From: a virus
IMG/VR virus record: IMGVR_UViG_3300044972_000601
Span: 1 to 64,000 of that record
Strand: one strand, 5' to 3'
DNA length: 64,000 nt
The translations under genes and the position numbers were made by a program. This document shows, piece by piece, positions 56,869 to 64,000 of this stretch; position 1 is the stretch's first letter, and every line of letters begins with the position of its first letter. The notes beneath the pieces are model-generated. The model saw only the letters and a list, made by a program, of their open reading frames with translations. It had not been told where the DNA came from and ran no database searches.

Positions 56869-58266
56869 TTATAAATCATTGAATGGTTTTGTGTCGTACA
56901 TTAACGGCACAATACACGGATAGTCTGTACTGTTGTAGTTACTGCCAATAATTTCAGTGGCTTGAGTTCGTACCATATTGGCCCTAGCAGAATCAGCAGT
57001 GGTGTTCATCAACCAATCACTGGCAATGTGCTGGAAATACAGGCCTGCTCCGCCGTTTGCATTTGCACCGTTTTGACACATGAAATCGCTTTTGCCAATT
57101 GGTGTAAACTGATAGCCACGACTATTGGGATGTTCAAAATCATAAATTGTTTTGCCATCACTTACTCGGATCAATGCACAGTAAATTCCAGCTTGGTAGT
57201 AGTAACTTGCACAGTACGCCATGACATATCTGCCGTCTGAACTGACTACAAATCTAATACCATAATTCACACCTTGGTCAATGCCATAGCTGGTGGTATT
57301 ACTTTGACTTACAATTGCACCTTCTGCTAAGCCAGTTGTTCCCCATCGGTGTACCCAAAATCCATAACTAGGTATCATGTTAACAAAAACAATTTTTCCA
57401 TTGTCGCACATCACAGGAATGCCCCGGTAGTTGTCTTCGGTTCCGTTATTAGTTGGGACTCCAGTACTTGCCGCATACGCAGTACTGTAGTTTGCCGCAG
57501 TGTTAAAATATGTGTACAGATTGCTGGAAGTGGCTTGTGTAAAGGCTGCTAATTGCTCAGTGGTTCCAAAAAATTCTCTATTCGAGTACTGACTTAATCT
57601 TGGTACATTGTTGTAAACCACAGGTTTGTGAACATAACTACCGTTGCTTTCTATAATGCACAGCTGATTTGTTTTGGCATTGTAGCTGACGCGACCGTAT
57701 CTAGTATTACTATATCCTGCATTTTTAGTAGTAACTGTGACATAGCCTTTGCCTAAACTAAATCTCTGAAAGCCGTACCAAGTTGCACTTCTTGGCCCAA
57801 CAGAAATTTCAGCACTGTTATTAAAAATAGCATACACTTGATCTGATTCGTTGACCACTGTGCCTACATCTCTAAAGGCTTGGCCACGTCGAGTCAATTC
57901 AGTACTTTCTCTAATAAGATCGCCGGCAAACCCTGAGCCCATGGCATGGCTCAGATTGCCTAAAAATCCTGCACTTGGTGCACCTTGACTGTAACAATCC
58001 GATGTGCCGCCCGGTTGACTACTGGTTAGCGCATATCTACTTCCATAGTATTCTTCACTACTAGGTGCTCCTGTGCTACTCATGGTTGCACCACCACCAC
58101 CACGATTACTATTATTCAACATGAATCTACCTACGCAATTATAGTTATGATCATATATGGAGTAGCCGCCATTTGCACTTTGATTTGACCACACTGCAAA
58201 CGCTGCCTGCAAGTATGCATTGCTTGGTGTGTAATTTGTTAAAGTATTGCCTAATAAGGTTGGCAT
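56869..58266 (-). CDS. Putative receptor-binding/tail fibre tip protein (paralogue A)
   Basis: G/N/Y-rich; full-length paralogue of 58290..59696. Confidence 0.65.
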   Translation of the reverse strand: MPTLLGNTLTNYTPSNAYLQAAFAVWSNQSANGGYSIYDHNYNCVGRFMLNNSNRGGGGATMSSTGAPSSEEYYGSRYALTSSQPGGTSDCYSQGAPSAGFLGNLSHAMGSGFAGDLIRESTELTRRGQAFRDVGTVVNESDQVYAIFNNSAEISVGPRSATWYGFQRFSLGKGYVTVTTKNAGYSNTRYGRVSYNAKTNQLCIIESNGSYVHKPVVYNNVPRLSQYSNREFFGTTEQLAAFTQATSSNLYTYFNTAANYSTAYAASTGVPTNNGTEDNYRGIPVMCDNGKIVFVNMIPSYGFWVHRWGTTGLAEGAIVSQSNTTSYGIDQGVNYGIRFVVSSDGRYVMAYCASYYYQAGIYCALIRVSDGKTIYDFEHPNSRGYQFTPIGKSDFMCQNGANANGGAGLYFQHIASDWLMNTTADSARANMVRTQATEIIGSNYNSTDYPCIVPLMYDTKPFNDL

Positions 58267-58289
58267 TTTATCGATTCCTTGGATTCATA

Positions 58290-59696
58290 TTATGCATTAA
58301 TATTGAACAATGCAGTATCATATTGTACAGATGCAAACGCTGGATAATCAGTTGAGTAAAAATTACTGTGCATAAATCCAGGAAGATAAGTTCTGCATAT
58401 GTTTGCCTGGGCAAGATCCGCTGTTTCATTCATTATGGAATCACTCGAAATACTTTGATGGTGTATGCCAGCTCCGCTATCGGCATTGACATTTTCTAAC
58501 CTCACAAAATCACTCTTGCCAATTGGGGTGTAAAAATTCGCATAACTGCCACCATTACTTTCATCCCATACAGTTTTGCCATCGCTGACTCTCACTAGGA
58601 ATACTTTAGTGCCCGAACCATAATAATTGTACGGGCAATGTACCAACACATATCTGCCATCTGACGACACTTGATGTCTAATACCATATCTAAATCCCTG
58701 ATCAGTTCCGTAACTAGTAGTCAAACTTCTATTAATCAATGCACCGGTATGAGTACCATCTGCATTCCACCTGCTCATCCAAACATTATTACTAGGAATC
58801 ATCTGTATCCATACTATTTTATCATTGTCACACATCACAGGTATGCCTCGATAGTTATCTTCAGTGCCGTTGTTTGTGGGCTTACCAGTGGCTGCTACAT
58901 ATGTTGTGCTGTAATTGGCTGCGGTATTAAAAAAGTTGTACACTGGGCCAGTAGTGCCGGCGGCATATGCGGCAGACTGCTCTGCAACTCCTCTAAACAA
59001 AGACGGTGCATAATATCTAAGATTAGGCACTGCATTATACACAGTAGGTCTAGCACCGTATGAATCGTTGACTTCAATGATGCAGACTTTTTTAGTTTTT
59101 ACGTTATAGCTGATACGCCCTTGAATACTATTTAAATTATAACCAGATTGTTTGGCAGTGACTGTGGTGTAATTCTGAGTATTGACGACTCGCTGATGCA
59201 CGTACCAATTCATACTGCGTTGGCCAATTCTTAAATAACCGCTAGTCGACATGAAAATTGCATAGTCTTGATTGGTTTCATTTACTATAACTCCACAATC
59301 TGCAAGACCACGGGCACGTTGTTCATACCCAGATGACCCCATGATGTCTCCGCAGGCATTTGACCCTTGAGTGAAGCCTATTGACAATAAGCAGTTACCA
59401 AGATAATTATTAAACTGCGACTGTGCATACGTATCATTGTTACCAGTGGTGGTGCTGGTTCGGGTGAATGCACTGGCAGAATATGAGTCAGTCATTTCGT
59501 TTGCTGAAGTAGAAGTCATTGCACCTCCGCCGTTGACGTTGCTGTCATTCAGCATGAATCTACCAATGCAGTGAAAATTGTGATCATATATGGACCAGCC
59601 GCCTTGACTGCCGTTGTTGCTCCAGCAGGCAAATGCAGGTTGCTTGTACGCTTGACCTGGAACATTCCCACCTACAAAATTAGATAATAACGCCAT
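58290..59696 (-). CDS. Putative receptor-binding/tail fibre tip protein (paralogue B)
   Basis: Shares PTNNGTEDNYRGIPVMCDN and other blocks with paralogue A. Confidence 0.65.
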   Translation of the reverse strand: MALLSNFVGGNVPGQAYKQPAFACWSNNGSQGGWSIYDHNFHCIGRFMLNDSNVNGGGAMTSTSANEMTDSYSASAFTRTSTTTGNNDTYAQSQFNNYLGNCLLSIGFTQGSNACGDIMGSSGYEQRARGLADCGVIVNETNQDYAIFMSTSGYLRIGQRSMNWYVHQRVVNTQNYTTVTAKQSGYNLNSIQGRISYNVKTKKVCIIEVNDSYGARPTVYNAVPNLRYYAPSLFRGVAEQSAAYAAGTTGPVYNFFNTAANYSTTYVAATGKPTNNGTEDNYRGIPVMCDNDKIVWIQMIPSNNVWMSRWNADGTHTGALINRSLTTSYGTDQGFRYGIRHQVSSDGRYVLVHCPYNYYGSGTKVFLVRVSDGKTVWDESNGGSYANFYTPIGKSDFVRLENVNADSGAGIHHQSISSDSIMNETADLAQANICRTYLPGFMHSNFYSTDYPAFASVQYDTALFNINA

Positions 59697-59705
59697 TTAT
59701 TTCCC

Positions 59706-60899
59706 TTATACCAATTTCCAACCGTAAGTTACGCCTGAATACACCAGTGCAACGCTTACGTTTTTTATGTTTAAAATTAAATCTTCTGTTAACCCCATAA
59801 TCAAACTGGCGTTTCTTGCAACAGTTAAATTGTTACGGTCAAATGTTCCAGCCAAATCAGCAATGTATATGGTTGCATTAGTTGCAGGTGTTGCTGGCAA
59901 TGTCAAGGTAAATGCAGATGTGGCAGTATTGGCAAAATATTTTGCACCTGCCACTGCGGTTGTTGCGGTTGTGATAGTAGACCAAGCGCCGCCGCCTGAA
60001 GCATCCACATAACCTTTTGTTGCAGCTTGTAAATCAGTAGTTGGGTTGCCAGCTAGATACACTGCGGCGCCAAAATAACTGACACCGTTGACTCCTATAC
60101 CGCCAGCCACTGTAACTGCTCCAGTTGTTGCACTGCTGGATGCGGTAACATCAGTGGATATTAAAGTTGTAAATTTTCCAGAACTTGCTGTGGCACTGCC
60201 AATTGCAGGAGGACTTGCCAAGTAACTGCTAAAACCAGTGCCACTTATACTGGTGGCAGATAATGAGGTAAATGCTCCTGATAATGCCGTTGTTGCACCA
60301 ATGGTGACATTGTTAATTGTGCCGGCAGTTGCTGGATTAATGGTAACTGTGCCAGTACCAAGCGGGCTCAGTGTCACTGTTTGATTGGTAGATACCGCTG
60401 ATAGCTGGCCTAAAAACGTAGTAAGCTGTCCAGCTGTTCCGAGTGTTAGTGTACTGGTAGGGCTTATAGTGGCCAATCCTGTTGGACTGATTGTTACATT
60501 ACCGGTTGGACTTAAAGTCACTGTGCTGGTTGTGGTCAGTGTAGTAAATCTACCAGCGGCTGCTGTTGTTACACCTATACTTACATTGTTTAATGTGCCA
60601 GTCGAAGTTGGACTTAAACTAAAAGAATTCAACGTTAAATTTAAATTTCCAGAAATGTTAACAGTTCCGTCAACAGTTAGTCCGTCCAATGTTCCTGCAA
60701 TATGTGTTACACTTGGTCCTAGTGTGGTAGGAGTCAGTAACTCATCGCCGTTGTAACCTAAATACGATCCAGTAGTAAGTTCAATTTTAGTACCAGTCAC
60801 AGTGATAGTATTTGTGACCAAGTTTCCTTGCACATCTACAACAAAATAAGGGCTAACGTAGCCGTGTGCTGATCTAAATAATTTAGAAACTGTAGTCAT
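59706..60899 (-). CDS. Tail fibre protein
   Basis: GTxNNVxIG..T..AGxFTTL repeats, AATKGYVD, TLTLPATP. Confidence 0.8.
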   Translation of the reverse strand: MTTVSKLFRSAHGYVSPYFVVDVQGNLVTNTITVTGTKIELTTGSYLGYNGDELLTPTTLGPSVTHIAGTLDGLTVDGTVNISGNLNLTLNSFSLSPTSTGTLNNVSIGVTTAAAGRFTTLTTTSTVTLSPTGNVTISPTGLATISPTSTLTLGTAGQLTTFLGQLSAVSTNQTVTLSPLGTGTVTINPATAGTINNVTIGATTALSGAFTSLSATSISGTGFSSYLASPPAIGSATASSGKFTTLISTDVTASSSATTGAVTVAGGIGVNGVSYFGAAVYLAGNPTTDLQAATKGYVDASGGGAWSTITTATTAVAGAKYFANTATSAFTLTLPATPATNATIYIADLAGTFDRNNLTVARNASLIMGLTEDLILNIKNVSVALVYSGVTYGWKLV

Positions 60900-60909
60900 A
60901 TGTTTTCCG

Positions 60910-61584
60910 TTAAACCATTGCCATGCCGTATGCGGCTGCTAGGGCGGCTGCATAACCAAATGTAACGGCACTGTTTACACCTGCAGGCTGGCTGGTCATT
61001 GTTAATGTTGTGAATCTTCCAGTGGATGCTGTGGTGGCACCTATTGAAACATTATTAATATCACCAGTGGTATTTGGGTTTGCAACAAATGTTCCAGTCC
61101 CCGACGGAGTTATAGATATAATTGCATTTGAGCCGCTAAATGCAACATTGCCTGATGCAGTTAATGCAGTAAATGCACCGGCAGCTGGGGTAATATTGCC
61201 AACAGTGACATTATTCATAGAACCTGTTGTTGCTGGTGCTATTGTTATAGTTCCAGTGCCAGTTGGGCTTAATGTTATTACAGCATTTGAAGAATTAAGA
61301 TTTACAGTGCTAGTTGCAGTTAATGTTGTAAAAGTTCCTGCTTTAGGTGTTATAGCACCAATAATAACGTTATTCATTGCACCAGTTGTCACTGGATTAA
61401 CTGCTAAACTGTTGGTCACTGTTAAATCTGCAATTGAGCTACCGGTATTAATAAACAACGTGTTTGTGGTTGCATTTGTTGTGACAGCTATTCCGTTTGT
61501 TCCCACCACATTTAATACGCTGTTGGATGCGTGAAGATTAATGGCATCTTGCCCACTGACCGCAAGTTGTGTATAACTGTTCAT
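60910..61584 (-). CDS. Tail fibre protein
   Basis: Same repeat three times. Confidence 0.75.
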   Translation of the reverse strand: MNSYTQLAVSGQDAINLHASNSVLNVVGTNGIAVTTNATTNTLFINTGSSIADLTVTNSLAVNPVTTGAMNNVIIGAITPKAGTFTTLTATSTVNLNSSNAVITLSPTGTGTITIAPATTGSMNNVTVGNITPAAGAFTALTASGNVAFSGSNAIISITPSGTGTFVANPNTTGDINNVSIGATTASTGRFTTLTMTSQPAGVNSAVTFGYAAALAAAYGMAMV

Positions 61585-62771
61585 ACTGCTGCTCCTAAAA
61601 GAATAGCCTGTAACTGGCCAAGTGTGATAAGTTGATTGCCCTGAGTGCTTTGATTTAAAACTGTTATAGTAGTAAATCTACCAGCAGCCGGTATTGATGA
61701 TCCAACATTTACATTATCTATAGAACCTATATTACTAGGCCCTATATTAACTGTACCAGTACCGCCAGGGCTTATGTTAACTGTTTGATTATTGCTGTTA
61801 AAGATTCCGTTATTATTAACAGTGAACGTTGTAAAAGAACCACTATTAGAACTTACTAATCCTATAGTGGTATTATTTATAGTTCCCACGGTTGCTGGAT
61901 TGACTGTAACAGTGCCGCTGCCTGTTGGTGCCAACGAAATTAGCTGATTATTACTAACAGCAGACACCGCTCCTATTGCTGTCAGTTCTGTAAATGTTCC
62001 AGACTCTGGCGTAAGTGTTCCTATGTTCACATTATTAAAATTGGATACTTCTACAGTATTTGCTGTGAATGTAGTAGTTACATTTAAATTAGCAATATTT
62101 TCTAAACTAAACGTTATTGCACTAGGAGCAGTTGTAATTGTAATAGCACCATCTGTATTTAAAATGTTTAGTTTTGTTAGAATAAAATCTGGAGCAAGCT
62201 CGGTTTGGCCAGGAACTTGTATTAACCCAATATTACCAATTGCCACGGATCCAGTTTCGTTAATTATCATGAATCCGTCTGACAGGTTAGTGTTATTCCA
62301 ATTTCTGAACACACCTAATTCGCCGCCGGCATTTGAACTTTCACCGTCAATTGTTGGAATATAAGTAGGAGTTAGACGTTCAAAATATGTAACTTTAAAA
62401 GTTAACTTGACATTTACTAATGGAGTAACACCATCATCTTGATAAAATGGGCTGGCTGTTACAATTACCCTAGATGCATCTGCCACGGCACTGAAACTTA
62501 CTAAATCTCTACCATTATTATTCCTGCCACTTACTGTAATTGATGCTTGTTCAGGGCGAGCTGATATTTTTACATTAATATGCTCAACATCGTTTTTTCC
62601 GTACTCTGCAACAATTTCATAAACCGCACTGGAAAACTCACCAACAAACCACGTGTCTATCACAGTGGCCGTTGGAATAGGTATTTCAGATCCTTTTACA
62701 GACCAGTTTACGCCCCTTTTAAGTCTTAGGGTATTTCTTAAGCCTCTAACAAAGTAGTCTGCAAAGTTCAT
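61581..62771 (-). CDS. Tail fibre/baseplate-proximal protein
   Basis: Same repeat in the C-terminal half; ATAAATA upstream. Confidence 0.75.
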   Translation of the reverse strand: MNFADYFVRGLRNTLRLKRGVNWSVKGSEIPIPTATVIDTWFVGEFSSAVYEIVAEYGKNDVEHINVKISARPEQASITVSGRNNNGRDLVSFSAVADASRVIVTASPFYQDDGVTPLVNVKLTFKVTYFERLTPTYIPTIDGESSNAGGELGVFRNWNNTNLSDGFMIINETGSVAIGNIGLIQVPGQTELAPDFILTKLNILNTDGAITITTAPSAITFSLENIANLNVTTTFTANTVEVSNFNNVNIGTLTPESGTFTELTAIGAVSAVSNNQLISLAPTGSGTVTVNPATVGTINNTTIGLVSSNSGSFTTFTVNNNGIFNSNNQTVNISPGGTGTVNIGPSNIGSIDNVNVGSSIPAAGRFTTITVLNQSTQGNQLITLGQLQAILLGAAV

Positions 62772-62863
62772 ATAGTCTCACTAGTACAATGTATTTATTC
62801 ATAGTCAGATATATTGACTGTGCTCGCTAAAAATGCTAAATTAATATAAATTAGGAGTTTGAC

Positions 62864-63445
62864 ATGGGTCGTTATTCGGAATATTTCAAAGAAGTATGGA
62901 AGTTGCAGGCAAACCGCAAGGTTATGGGTGTGGGATTGTTCAATGTATTGGTTGACAACACACGGGTTTTTACACCCGGTGATGCAATTATGCCTGTAGA
63001 AGGTGTTGACAAAGCAATACAGATTCTGTCTCAAAAAGGATACGATTTTATCATTATTACGGGCCAACCTTCTAGCAGAACCCGTGCTTTAGAAATGCAC
63101 GATTTTGAAAATATTATCACTGGAGCAAGACAGTTTATCGAACAACTAGGCGGCCGAGTTCGCAATGTTTATTATGCACCGGGTACTGATAAAAATGACC
63201 CGTATGTTAGACCAAATACGGGTATGTGGGAGCGTGCGGCATCAGAAAATAATCTCAAATGGGATGGGGTGCATTTTGTAGGAAGCGAAACAAACGATGT
63301 TAAAGCATCTACTAAAATGAAAGCTATTCCTGTTTTAATTAAAACTGCTAATAGCGAGTCTAAACTCAAAGCGTTTGAACTAACGCATCAAACTAAAGTA
63401 AAAGAATTTAGCAGTTTATTAGATTTTGCTAATTCGCTGGAATAA
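62864..63445 (+). CDS. GmhB/HisB-like HAD-fold protein lacking catalytic aspartates
   Basis: IIITGQ, YYAP, RPNTGM, FVGS...D order matches HAD-IIIA; DxD absent. Confidence 0.7.
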   Translation: MGRYSEYFKEVWKLQANRKVMGVGLFNVLVDNTRVFTPGDAIMPVEGVDKAIQILSQKGYDFIIITGQPSSRTRALEMHDFENIITGARQFIEQLGGRVRNVYYAPGTDKNDPYVRPNTGMWERAASENNLKWDGVHFVGSETNDVKASTKMKAIPVLIKTANSESKLKAFELTHQTKVKEFSSLLDFANSLE

Positions 63446-63471
63446 AAAAAGGAGCTAAATGCTCCTTTTTT
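63444..63471. terminator. Bidirectional terminator
   Basis: AAAAAAAGGAGC-TAAAT-GCTCCTTTTTT. Confidence 0.85.
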
Positions 63472-63472
63472 A

Positions 63473-64000
63473 TTAAAATACTCTAGAATTTAATATATCA
63501 TCTGCATTTCCAGTGCATCCTTTCCAGAATGTATTAAATGCAATAGTCCTACGTGCTGTATCTAGTTGTGCAGGAAAAACTTGATGTCCAACATTTGACA
63601 ATATCAGTAGCAAATGATTTTTAAGATTATCTTCGGAGCCAGCTAAATCTCTAATTGTTGCTTGTATTTGCTTTTTATACAAATAACAAGGAATCTCTTG
63701 GGAACTAGTATTCATAGCAAAATTTAAATTATCAGGATTATCGTCTAAGTATAATACACCACTGACAACGCTAAATGGGTGTGCGTGGTCTTGATGGCTA
63801 CCGCCTTGCGTGGATCTATTAGCCCACGAGTTAGTAATTTCTATTTTTTCAAATAGATTAACATTGTATGCATTTCTTAAATAGTCCTCGCATTCCTTCT
63901 CTAATGCTTCCTTAATTTCTTTAAATTCAGGTCTATTAAATAAATCTCGATTGATACTTATTTCATTATGTAGATTTTTTGTAAATTCAAGTTTGTCAAA
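63473..64000 (-). CDS. 2OG-Fe(II) oxygenase, 5' end outside the window
   Basis: Manual extension: NSWAN...HAHPFSVVSGVLY...HQV...RRTIAFN. Confidence 0.75.
   Translation of the reverse strand, partial: FDKLEFTKNLHNEISINRDLFNRPEFKEIKEALEKECEDYLRNAYNVNLFEKIEITNSWANRSTQGGSHQDHAHPFSVVSGVLYLDDNPDNLNFAMNTSSQEIPCYLYKKQIQATIRDLAGSEDNLKNHLLLILSNVGHQVFPAQLDTARRTIAFNTFWKGCTGNADDILNSRVF

Noticed and set aside
56869-59696. Diversity-generating retroelement acting on the paralogous fibre genes
   Set aside because: No reverse transcriptase in the window and no near-identical TR/VR pair with adenine-specific differences seen.
5133-62364. Many antisense/shadow ORFs (e.g. 5133..5804, 15240..15929, 19396..19965, 35760..36305, 54380..54940, 61010..61534)
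   Set aside because: They lie opposite well-supported genes and lack RBS or motifs.
1-64000. Bacterial chromosome/oriC or prophage interpretation, and genetic-code reassignment
   Set aside because: No dnaA/dnaN or other host housekeeping genes and no integrase; core phage genes translate full-length in the standard code.

Overview
This window is part of a large T4-like (myovirus-type) bacteriophage genome, and it has three zones. (1) 1-18 kb is an early/accessory zone of short ORFs with about 25 near-consensus sigma70 promoters, three tRNAs and several structured non-coding RNA candidates. It also holds a cluster of 7 DnaA boxes where the coding strand switches, and a family of 9 modular 'MNERI...EKFAELIVREC...HFGVEE' mini-genes. 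(2) 18-34 kb carries replication/recombination genes: gp41 helicase, primase, a minimal DnaE-like core, UvsW, UvsY, UvsX and gp32, plus a carbamoyltransferase N-domain and a 2OG-Fe(II) oxygenase. (3) 34-64 kb carries late genes with TATAAATA-type promoters: terminase subunits, gp4, tail tube, sheath, neck gp13/14/15, dNMP kinase and tail fibres. Three signals stand out. (a) A putative sRNA ending the early block displays, in two loops, a sequence complementary to the extended Shine-Dalgarno GGAGCGAA shared by at least 7 early genes. (b) The mini-gene array shows DNA evidence of half-gene swapping. (c) The DnaA-box cluster looks oriC-like. All protein calls come from motif recognition by eye; no database search was run.
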